DNA of 64,000 nucleotides from the NCBI GenBank assembly GCA_977017575.1, contig CDRNVI010000063.1:248001-312000 (forward strand), read 5' to 3'. Source of the stretch: Paramoeba atlantica. Taxonomy: Eukaryota; Protista; Discosea. How positions within the stretch are numbered: the stretch's first letter is position 1; every line of letters begins with the position of its first letter. Below are positions 32,620 through 43,400 of this stretch, in pieces. Both the position numbers and the translations under genes were made by a program. The notes under the pieces were generated by a model that worked only from the letters and a program-made list of their open reading frames with translations, ran no database searches and was not told the DNA's origin.

Positions 32620-33417
32620 ATGCCGGAAAGTCAGCCCTCCGTTTCTGACGTCATGCGTCAGCTGTCGATATTAACTTCGAAATTCGAGTCTAGCGCGAGC
32701 CAACTTCAGAGTTTGCAGGAAGGAATGCTGCATTTGCAATCTCAAATGGGGCGTTTGGACCGTATGGAAGGCGATCTGAGCCGCTTAAGTACGCAAAATA
32801 AAGAAGTTTTACAAATGGTGGCGCGCGCGTCCGACTCGCCGTCTGCTTATGATATTTCCATCCATGACCTGCCACAGGAACACGTTTTGCAGCCGGAACA
32901 CTGGAAACCCGAGCATTACTGTTCTGACAATTTGCGTCGACAGCTCCTCCAACGCGTAGAGCATGAGGTGCGAAACCTCTTCGGAAACTCCGCGGATCCG
33001 ACTGCTGTGCCAGGAGATTCTATTGGTCTAAAAGATGCATTAGACACTATCCAAAGTCACTTGGAGGCTTGCGACGAGCTGGTGAAACGGGGCCAGGCAG
33101 TTTCCATGAAGTCGATTACTCCGGCGATCGAAAACGTCATTTTCCTCAGATACAAACACAAGTGGGGTCGGCGTGTCGCGCTCCAATGGAAAGATGCTCT
33201 AAAAAGTTCGCCGATCGGGTCAAGGTATGACAATGCTCACGACACCGCTATGGAGTTTTACAAGAACTGTTCGATCGCTCAGGGCGCAGTGTCTCTATCG
33301 CAGGCAAAAAACGGCGGAGGGCGCGGGTTCGCTTCCAGTGGGCGAGGGAGAACCCGCGGGCGCGGAGGGCGCGGAGGTCGCAGTTATGCATCTCCGGCTG
33401 CTCCCCCGTCCCAGTGA
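32620..33417 (+). CDS. Gag-like ORF1
   Basis: 265 aa, N-terminal coiled-coil-like heptads, C-terminal RGG/RG-rich tail; first ORF of the element. Confidence 0.7.
   Translation: MPESQPSVSDVMRQLSILTSKFESSASQLQSLQEGMLHLQSQMGRLDRMEGDLSRLSTQNKEVLQMVARASDSPSAYDISIHDLPQEHVLQPEHWKPEHYCSDNLRRQLLQRVEHEVRNLFGNSADPTAVPGDSIGLKDALDTIQSHLEACDELVKRGQAVSMKSITPAIENVIFLRYKHKWGRRVALQWKDALKSSPIGSRYDNAHDTAMEFYKNCSIAQGAVSLSQAKNGGGRGFASSGRGRTRGRGGRGGRSYASPAAPPSQ
33306..33358 (+). promoter_or_regulatory. Candidate -1 ribosomal frameshift signal
   Basis: A_AAA_AAC in the gag frame (33306-33312), 9-nt spacer, perfect 9-bp stem CGCGGGTTC (33322-33330) / GAACCCGCG (33350-33358); the -1 frame is open. Confidence 0.55.
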
Positions 33418-33475
33418 CGGGACCCCGGGGCCGGACGACCCCTGTCGCGGTACGGCTGTTCGGGAGGCCGTGCCG
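33415..33475 (+). promoter_or_regulatory. Candidate stop-codon readthrough signal
   Basis: gag TGA followed by CGG, in frame with YR; downstream stem CGGTACGGC (33448-33456) / GCCGTGCCG (33467-33475). Confidence 0.45.
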
Positions 33476-35719
33476 TGGAGAAAGTAAACTGCCCTGGTCC
33501 CGGCCAGGTCCCGATCAGAGATTATATTTTAGGTCACGATCAGATTTTGAAAAACATAATTTATATAAAGCTTCCGGAAGACGTGTTAGACAGCTGCGTG
33601 CAACGAGCGGAAGACATTTTCCGCGAAAAGTTTTCTCCTGGAACGCAGGAGATCATGAAAAGAATATGGAGGAGATTCGTGAGTTTCGTGGAAGGAGTCC
33701 ACACCTTGGGATATGTGCTAGACGAAGAGAGAATGCTTGCAGCTTTCGCTCTCCATCTATACGACCAAGAGAAGGTAAAAGGTCAAACGGTGGTACAATA
33801 CCTGTGCCATCTGGTAAACGAGTACTCGCTCTCGGGGGTAAAACTGGATATAGCTCGAATAGACGCTTTAAAAGCGGCCATGATGAGGAGGGCCACTCCC
33901 GCTATAAAGGCAAATCCTATGACCCACGAACAAGTAATTCAATTTTTGGATCAACCGCAGTTAACAGAGATCAAAAAAACGTTCGTGATGGTTTATTGGC
34001 TCAGCGGACAGAGACCTGGAGAACTGTTAGCTCTGGACGTAGACGAAGTGTCAGTGACTTCCGAGGCGAACGACGAAACTCATATGGATGCTAAGTCATA
34101 CCAAGAATGTTACGAATCAGGAAAGAAGTACTCCGCGCTGCATAAGAATGGTGGTCCCGCTGGTCTGGAGAAGGACAATTCGGACGTCTCTGTGGAATGC
34201 TCGCCGGTTAGGTCGCGAACAGTGGTTCGAGGGAGTAGAATTGAGAACTCTAAATCTCGCCTTGAAGAAATTACCGGCGGCGCTGAATCACCCTCGACTG
34301 AGAGACCGTTTCAGTCTATATTCCATTCGCAGGGGAGCGCTCCAACACATGGCGGCTTTGGAAGTCTCAGCGCAAGACATTCAATGTTTGACTCGGCACG
34401 TATCGGAAAACTCTCTCCGAGCGTACCTGGGATCCTATATGGATCCGAAAGCGGTAAAAGGTCTGGAAGTGTCCAGACTATTAGGACAACCCGCTCCCCT
34501 GTATTCAGAATTTCCTGTAGAAGAGAGTCGAACGACTATGTTGGAAAATACTCCGCGGACCCCATCAACGAGGGGGTCGATCATCGAGATCGATTCACCT
34601 CTCCTGGGGACCCAAATTTTCTCCAGGTTAATGGAGAAAAGGGTTCCTTGCGAAATGAGGCAGGCGGACCCATCGGAGCAACAGGACAGTTTTATACCCG
34701 TGGACTCACCTGTCGAAACGACGAGTTTAAACCCCCCCTGCTCGAACCACCAGAGGTTCGAGACACCCCTGTATCAAAAGGTGGCACGAGCATTTCCGTT
34801 ATCAAACCTGTTTCCACATTTTCCCCCGCCCGACAACGTGTCAATATTGGCCAGAAGCGTTCCTGTTTCCACCGTACCGGAACTCACTACTCCGTTTTCC
34901 GAGAGCCCTTGCAAACGAGATCAAAACCATCGATTCCCATCAGCACTACGAAACCTGTTTGGAACCCCCCCTCCTTTTCAATTGCTTGCCACCCCCGTTT
35001 TCGGGTCGGCCCCCCAGCAACAGGGTGTTCGAAGTCGATTACACTTTCCCCTTTCCCCTTGCCCTGTCCAGCCGAAGATCAATCGGGAAACAGATGCTCC
35101 AGTCCAGGCCTTATTTCTAGCCACGACACCACGGACAGAAAACCCAGATCCGATAAGCACCCCCTCTGCCTCGCGGTCCGAGATCCCTCAGGAAGATACT
35201 CCGGATCCGAGGGGGGTTTCTCCTGCCCCTCGCGCGGCTACATCACATCTGAAGACGCTGGGTCAGGGGGAATGTTCGCATGCTCTTCGGGAAGCAACCC
35301 CATATCAGGAAGCATCAAACCGCGCCACCCCACTTCTCACACCCGGTTTCGCCACCCCGCCGACCCCGTTCAATTTCCTGACGTTTCGGGATGCAGATCA
35401 TTGGACCCCACCTCCGCAACCAACGCCGCCACCAAACCCCGCCTCAATAATTCATTACGATCCCCCGCCGCAGATAAAAAGGCACAGAGTTCCTGCATAC
35501 CTGTACAACCCAACGGGGACGGACTACGCGTCCCCAGTTCAATCACGAGCGAGATTCAAAAAAGCCAAACTGGACGAACAAGAGCGGCAACTGGCAAAAG
35601 CGGAACAGGAGGATATGGAAGCTTTAAGAGAGATGGAGACCGATATAGAGCGGGACCTACATGTCCCAACAAAAACGAGGCGATCACAGATAGTGGAGCC
35701 TGCGTCGCCGCACCAATAG
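33418..35719 (+). pseudogene. Tyrosine recombinase, split by a 1-nt frame lesion (frame 1 to frame 2 within 34055-34094)
   Basis: Frame 1: SPGT..IWRRFVSF core-binding helix and WLSGQRPGE (catalytic Arg 34012). Frame 2: HTKN, YSIRRG (34319), LTRH, SLRAY (Tyr 34424). Confidence 0.8.
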
Positions 35720-37420
35720 GTGTCGGCACCTCGCCATGGAAAGTATTATATGAGTTCGCGTCATACGGGTATGCGCGTTCCGGAAAACTTTTCAGCGAGA
35801 GAAACATACAGAAACCGCCGCAATGGCCTTTGGACCCGATGCCAGCGACGCGTTTAAATTTAGAATTATTAAAAAGCCTAGCACAAGCAGAACACCTGGA
35901 AGCTGAAGTCAATATATTAAAATACTTAGAAGATGAACATTTTAGCAGTTTGACGTGTACAAAATGTACACCTGTCTACAGTGGCGAATCCAAGTACCTC
36001 GCCCCCTTTTTAGGGGATTTAGTGAAAAGTGGTATTTTGAAACCATTACCGCGTCGAAAAGCGAAAATCTGGATGTCAGCGTTTCTAGTTCCAAAACAGA
36101 GAAAACGTACCTTAAGAGCGATACTAAATGCGATCCCACTGAACGAGATACAGGAGATGGTTCCCGGACCATTAGAGCTTCCGGGGTTATCTGACATTGC
36201 AGACATGATTCGGAGGCACGACTTTTTCTGCGAAACAGACGGGAAGAGCTGGTACAATCAATTCGATCTTCCATAAGCGGCGTTACCATTCTTTGCGATT
36301 CGTGTTTCGGGTCGCACATACGCTTGGTCTACATTACCCATGGGGTGGAAGAGTTCAGTGAAGATCGCACATGCCGCTACATCCATTCTTCACCATTTAC
36401 CGGGAGCTAAAAGTGAAACCTTGATGTTCATTGATAATGGCTACCGGTTCTCAAATTCAACAAAGGACTTGGAGAACGACATCGGTGAAGCTTTAGTAAG
36501 AGCAGAAAAAGTCTCAGCCACTTTAGTCGTTACAACACCGCCGCAAGCGGCGGGAACCATTTTAGGCGTTCAGGTAGATCTATCTCGAAAGACCCTTTGT
36601 TTACCCCGCGAATTTATTGAGAAGTTGGTAGCTTTGCGCAACACGTTTGAAACTCTTCAACGAATCCAATCTAGGCCCTCACATCGCTTAGTGTGGAAGG
36701 TACTGGGAACTATTTTTTGGGCCGCACGAGTGCTGGGGATTGCACAATGCGACTACATAACGGTGATGCTATGGATTCGCAACAGAGCCCGGTTTCTTTC
36801 TTGCAATCCGATCTACTGGGACAAGACCTGTTGGATGCGACCGGAATTTGTTACAGCCTTGATTGAACTCCTAAATCGTATCGAAATCAACACACCCCGG
36901 AGCGTTGGAGAGTCAGCAGACGAAAGTGAGCGTATCTACGTGGACGCGTCACAGGGCAGATGGGGTCTCGACTGGTGGGAAGCAGGGAATCTGCGAGATC
37001 GCAGTGGTATTTTTCCCTCCTGGTTGAAAGAGAAGCCAATCGCCTATAAAGAACTGTATGCTGCTGAGATGGGTCTGAAGGAATGTAAAGAACGAAAATT
37101 AAAAAATGTGACCATTATCTCTGACAACAAGAATGTAGTATCATGGATGTCCCGCTGGTGCGCGGGTCCTCCTCTTATTATGTCGTGGTTGCAGCGTCTG
37201 CGAAATGATTATTATGTGAAGGGCACGTTCAGGGAAATCATCTGGACAAGTTCGGATACAAATCTAGCGGATGCGCCATCCCGACGGGGAGGATCAGCCT
37301 AGACGGAAAATTGCTATTCGTGAAAAGCGACGATTAAGATAAACTTACTGGAATTTCTATAGTTTCTCTTGGATAACAGCAACTAAATCCGTCGAACCGG
37401 AGGACGACCAACATGGTTAT

Positions 37421-37453
37421 ACACTTATTCTGAAATATTTAAGAAACTACGAC
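37421..37453 (+). repeat. Right copy of 33-bp direct repeat flanking the YR retroelement
   Basis: ACACTTATTCTGAAATATTTAAGAAACTACGAC, continuing into the array. Confidence 0.85.
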
Positions 37454-40400
37454 TTGAATTGAATATAAGCTTAGTACTAACGAACAGAACTGTATTACGT
37501 TATTGTGTTATTCTCAAAGTAGAAACTGTTCCCAACAATGAAATTTTGGCGTCTACCTCATTTAGCACATCCTTTTGGTATCTATATTTTCTTCTTCGCT
37601 CGGCATGTAACTCGGACGCTATGGAAAAAGATATTTTATTTATAAAAGGATTTTCTATAGACGCAAATATGCAAAATTTCCTGTTGGAGTTTCTTGAATC
37701 ACACTTATTCTGAAATATTTAAGAAACTACGACTTGAATTGAATATAAGCTTAGTACTAACGAACAGAACTGTATTACGTTATTGTGTTATTCTCAAAGT
37801 AGAAACTGTTCCCAACAGTGAAATTTTGGCGTCTACTTCATTTAGCACATCCTTTTGGTATCTATATTTTCTTCTTCGCTCGGCATGTAACTCAGACGCT
37901 ATGGAAAAAGATATTTTATTTATAAAAGGATTTTCTATAGACGCAAATAAGCAAAATCTCCTTTTGGAGTTTCTTGAATCACACTTATTCTGAAATATTT
38001 AAGAAACTACGACTTGAATTGAATATAAGCTTAGTACTAACGAACAGAACTGTATTACGTTATTGTGTTATTCTCAAAGTAGAAACTGTTCCCAACAGTG
38101 AAATTTTGGCGTCTACCTCATTTAGCACATCCTTTTGGTATCTATATTTTCTTCTTCGCTCGGCATGTAACTCGGACGCTATGGAAAAAGATATTTTATT
38201 TATAAAAGGATTTTCTATAGACGCAAATATGCAAAATTTCCTGTTGGAGTTTCTTGAATCATACTTATTCTGAAATATTTAAGAAACTACGACTTGAATT
38301 GAATATAAGCTTAGTACTAACGAACAGAACTGTATTACGTTATTGTGTTATTCTCAAAGTAGAAACTGTTCCCAACAGCGAAATTTTGGCGTCTACTTCA
38401 TTTAGCACATCCTTTTGGTATCTATATTTTCTTCTTCGCTCGGCATGTAACTCGGACGCTATGGAAAAAGATATTTTATTTATAAAAGGATTTTCTATAG
38501 ACGCAAATAAGCAAAATCTCCTTTTGGAGTTTCTTGAATCACACTTATTCTGAAATATTTAAGAAACTACGACTTGAATTGAATATAAGCTTAGTACTAA
38601 CGAACAGAACTGTATTACGTTATTGTGTTATTCTCAAAGTAGAAACTGTTCCCAACAGTGAAATTTTGGCGTCTACCTCATTTAGCACATCCTTTTGGTA
38701 TCTATATTTTCTTCTTCGCTCGGCATGTAACTCGGACGCTATGGAAAAAGATATTTTATTTATAAAAGGATTTTCTATAGACGCAAATATGCAAAATTTC
38801 CTGTTGGAGTTTCTTGAATCATACTTATTCTGAAATATTTAAGAAACTAGGACTTGAATTGAATATAAGCTTAGTACTAACGAACAGAACTGTATTACGT
38901 TATTGTGTTATTCTCAAAGTAGAAACTGTTCCCAACAGTGAAATTTTGGCGTCTACCTCATTTAGCACATCCTTTTGGTATCTATATTTTCTTCTTCGCT
39001 CGGCATGTAACTCGGACGCTATGGAAAAAGATATTTTATTTATAAAAGGATTTTCTATAGACGCAAATATGCAAAATTTCCTGTTGGAGTTTCTTGAATC
39101 ATACTTATTCTGAAACATTTAAGAAACTACGACTTGAATTGAATATAAGCTTAGTACTAACGAACAGAACTGTATTACGTTATTGTGTTATTCTCAAAGT
39201 AGAAACTGTTCCCAACAGTGAAATTTTGGCGTCTACCTCATTTAGCACATCCTTTTGGTATCTATATTTTCTTCTTCGCTCGGCATGTAACTCGGACGCT
39301 ATGGAAAAAGATATTTTATTTATAAAAGGATTTTCTATAGACGCAAATATGCAAAATTTCCTGTTGGAGTTTCTTGAATCATACTTATTCTGAAATATTT
39401 AAGAAACTACGACTTGAATTGAATATAAGCTTAGTACTAACGAACAGAACTGTATTACGTTATTGTGTTATTCTCAAAGTAGAAACTGTTCCCAACAGTG
39501 AAATTTTGGCGTCTACCTCATTTAGCACATCCTTTTGGTATCTATATTTTCTTCTTCGCTCGGCATGTAACTCGGACGCTATGGAAAAAGATATTTTATT
39601 TATAAAAGGATTTTCTATAGACGCAAATATGCAAAATTTCCTGTTGGAGTTTCTTGAATCATACTTATTCTGAAATATTTAAGAAACTACGACTTGAATT
39701 GAATATAAGCTTAGTACTAACGAACAGAACTGTATTACGTTATTGTGTTATTCTCAAAGTAGAAACTGTTCCCAACAGTGAAATTTTGGCGTCTACCTCA
39801 TTTAGCACATCCTTTTGGTATCTATATTTTCTTCTTCGCTCGGCATGTAACTCGGACGCTATGGAAAAAGATATTTTATTTATAAAAGGATTTTCTATAG
39901 ACGCAAATATGCAAAATTTCCTGTTGGAGTTTCTTGAATCATACTTATTCTGAAACATTTAAGAAACTACGACTTGAATTGAATATAAGCTTAGTACTAA
40001 CGAACAGAACTGTATTACGTTATTGTGTTATTCTCAAAGTAGAAACTGTTCCCAACAGTGAAATTTTGGCGTCTACCTCATTTAGCACATCCTTTTGGTA
40101 TCTATATTTTCTTCTTCGCTCGGCATGTAACTCAGACGCTATGGAAAAAGATATTTTATTTATAAAAGGATTTTCTATAGACGCAAATAAGCAAAATTTC
40201 CTGTTGGAGTTTCTTGAATCACACTTATTCTGAAATATTTAAGAAACTACGACTTGAATTGAATATAAGCTTAGTACTAACGAACAGAACTGTATTACGT
40301 TATTGTGTTATTCTCAAAGTAGAAACTGTTCCCAACAGTGAAATTTTGGCGTCTACCTCATTTAGCACATCCTTTTGGTATCTATATTTTCTTCTTCGCT

Positions 40401-43400
40401 CGGCATGTAACTCGGACGCTATGGAAAAAGATATTTTATTTATAAAAGGATTTTCTATAGACGCAAATATGCAAAATTTCCTGTTGGAGTTTCTTGAATC
40501 ATACTTATTCTGAAATATTTAAGAAACTACGACTTGAATTGAATATAAGCTTAGTACTAACGAACAGAACTGTATTACGTTATTGTGTTATTCTCAAAGT
40601 AGAAACTGTTCCCAACAGTGAAATTTTGGCGTCTACCTCATTTAGCACATCCTTTTGGTGTCTATATTTTCTTCTTCGCTCGGCATGTAACTCGGACGCT
40701 ATGGAAAAAGATATTTTATTTATAAAAGGATTTTCTATAGACGCAAATATGCAAAATTTCCTGTTGGAGTTTCTTGAATCATACTTATTCTGAAATATTT
40801 AAGAAACTACGACTTGAATTGAATATAAGCTTAGTACTAACGAACAGAACTGTATTACGTTATTGTGTTATTCTCAAAGTAGAAACTGTTCCCAACAGTG
40901 AAATTTTGGCGTCTACTTCATTTAGCACATCCTTTTGGTATCTATATTTTCTTCTTCGCTCGGCATGTAACTCAGACGCTATGGAAAAAGATATTTTATT
41001 TATAAAAGGATTTTCTATAGACGCAAATAAGCAAAATCTCCTTTTGGAGTTTCTTGAATCACACTTATTCTGAAATATTTAAGAAACTACGACTTGAATT
41101 GAATATAAGCTTAGTACTAACGAACAGAACTGTATTACGTTATTGTGTTATTCTCAAAGTAGAAACTGTTCCCAACAGTGAAATTTTGGCGTCTACTTCA
41201 TTTAGCACATCCTTTTGGTATCTATATTTTCTTCTTCGCTCGGCATGTAACTCGGACGCTATGGAAAAAGATATTTTATTTATAAAAGGATTTTCTATAG
41301 ACGCAAATAAGCAAAATTTCCTGTTGGAGTTTCTTGAATCACACTTATTCTGAAATATTTAAGAAACTACGACTTGAATTGAATATAAGCTTAGTACTAA
41401 CGAACAGAACTGTATTACGTTATTGTGTTATTCTCAAAGTAGAAACTGTTCCCAACAGTGAAATTTTGGCGTCTACCTCATTTAGCACATCCTTTTGGTA
41501 TCTATATTTTCTTCTTCGCTCGGCATGTAACTCGGACGCTATGGAAAAAGATATTTTATTTATAAAAGGATTTTCTATAGACGCAAATATGCAAAATTTC
41601 CTGTTGGAGTTTCTTGAATCATACTTATTCTGAAATATTTAAGAAACTACGACTTGAATTGAATATAAGCTTAGTACTAACGAACAGAACTGTATTACGT
41701 TATTGTGTTATTCTCAAAGTAGAAACTGTTCCCAACAGTGAAATTTTGGCGTCTACCTCATTTAGCACATCCTTTTGGTGTCTATATTTTCTTCTTCGCT
41801 CGGCATGTAACTCGGACGCTATGGAAAAAGATATTTTATTTATAAAAGGATTTTCTATAGACGCAAATATGCAAAATTTCCTGTTGGAGTTTCTTGAATC
41901 ATACTTATTCTGAAATATTTAAGAAACTACGACTTGAATTGAATATAAGCTTAGTACTAACGAACAGAACTGTATTACGTTATTGTGTTATTCTCAAAGT
42001 AGAAACTGTTCCCAACAGTGAAATTTTGGCGTCTACTTCATTTAGCACATCCTTTTGGTATCTATATTTTCTTCTTCGCTCGGCATGTAACTCAGACGCT
42101 ATGGAAAAAGATATTTTATTTATAAAAGGATTTTCTATAGACGCAAATAAGCAAAATCTCCTTTTGGAGTTTCTTGAATCACACTTATTCTGAAATATTT
42201 AAGAAACTACGACTTGAATTGAATATAAGCTTAGTACTAACGAACAGAACTGTATTACGTTATTGTGTTATTCTCAAAGTAGAAACTGTTCCCAACAGTG
42301 AAATTTTGGCGTCTACCTCATTTAGCACATCCTTTTGGTATCTATATTTTCTTCTTCGCTCGGCATGTAACTCGGACGCTATGGAAAAAGATATTTTATT
42401 TATAAAAGGATTTTCTATAGACGCAAATATGCAAAATTTCCTGTTGGAGTTTCTTGAATCATACTTATTCTGAAATATTTAAGAAACTACGACTTGAATT
42501 GAATATAAGCTTAGTACTAACGAACAGAACTGTATTACGTTATTGTGTTATTCTCAAAGTAGAAACTGTTCCCAACAGTGAAATTTTGGCGTCTACCTCA
42601 TTTAGCACATCCTTTTGGTATCTATATTTTCTTCTTCGCTCGGCATGTAACTCAGACGCTATGGAAAAAGATATTTTATTTATAAAAGGATTTTCTATAG
42701 ACGCAAATAAGCAAAATTTCCTGTTGGAGTTTCTTGAATCACACTTATTCTGAAATATTTAAGAAACTACGACTTGAATTGAATATAAGCTTAGTACTAA
42801 CGAACAGAACTGTATTACGTTATTGTGTTATTCTCAAAGTAGAAACTGTTCCCAACAGTGAAATTTTGGCGTCTACCTCATTTAGCACATCCTTTTGGTA
42901 TCTATATTTTCTTCTTCGCTCGGCATGTAACTCGGACGCTATGGAAAAAGATATTTTATTTATAAAAGGATTTTCTATAGACGCAAATATGCAAAATTTC
43001 CTGTTGGAGTTTCTTGAATCATACTTATTCTGAAATATTTAAGAAACTACGACTTGAATTGAATATAAGCTTAGTACTAACGAACAGAACTGTATTACGT
43101 TATTGTGTTATTCTCAAAGTAGAAACTGTTCCCAACAGTGAAATTTTGGCGTCTACCTCATTTAGCACATCCTTTTGGTATCTATATTTTCTTCTTCGCT
43201 CGGCATGTAACTCAGACGCTATGGAAAAAGATATTTTATTTATAAAAGGATTTTCTATAGACGCAAATAAGCAAAATCTCCTTTTGGAGTTTCTTGAATC
43301 ACACTTATTCTGAAATATTTAAGAAACTACGACTTGAATTGAATATAAGCTTAGTACTAACGAACAGAACTGTATTACGTTATTGTGTTATTCTCAAAGT

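Larger units (their letters stand above)
33306..37302 (+). pseudogene. Pol (long N-terminal region + RT + RNase H), with a frame lesion and an in-frame TAA
   Basis: FLVPK..R.ILN..PLN, TDGKSWYNQ, (TAA 36274) YAWSTLPMGW, MFIDN (36433), YVDAS (36943), ELYA, SDN, NLADAPSR; N-terminal part reconstructed from frame 3 (open 33231-34094) plus frame 1. Confidence 0.75.
32600..37420 (+). mobile_element. Tyrosine-recombinase retrotransposon (VIPER/TATE/DIRS-like): gag, YR, RT-RNase H
   Basis: GC-richer 4.8-kb insert between satellite sequences; YR, RT and RNase H motifs present; no LTR or ITR seen. Confidence 0.88.

Noticed and set aside
35689-35700. DSGA as an aspartic-protease active site in Pol
   Set aside because: Only ~40 residues precede the RT region, no second protease motif is visible, and it lies in dual-coded sequence; needs an HMM test.
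33475-36276. 933-aa single protein as given in the ORF track
   Set aside because: It joins the YR N-half to the Pol frame; the YR catalytic C-half is in frame 2, so it is best explained as a chimera from a 1-nt lesion.
30629-36276. Stop-codon reassignment suggested by three in-frame stops in mobile elements
   Set aside because: Host genes have no internal stops and end in TGA (e.g. 195, 1032) or TAA (e.g. 4329), so the standard code applies.
32600-37420. DIRS-type inverted terminal repeats or Ngaro split direct repeats
   Set aside because: I found no match between the 20-nt 5' leader and the ~118-nt 3' tail in either orientation; only tiny hairpins such as ACCA-ACA-TGGT near 37408.
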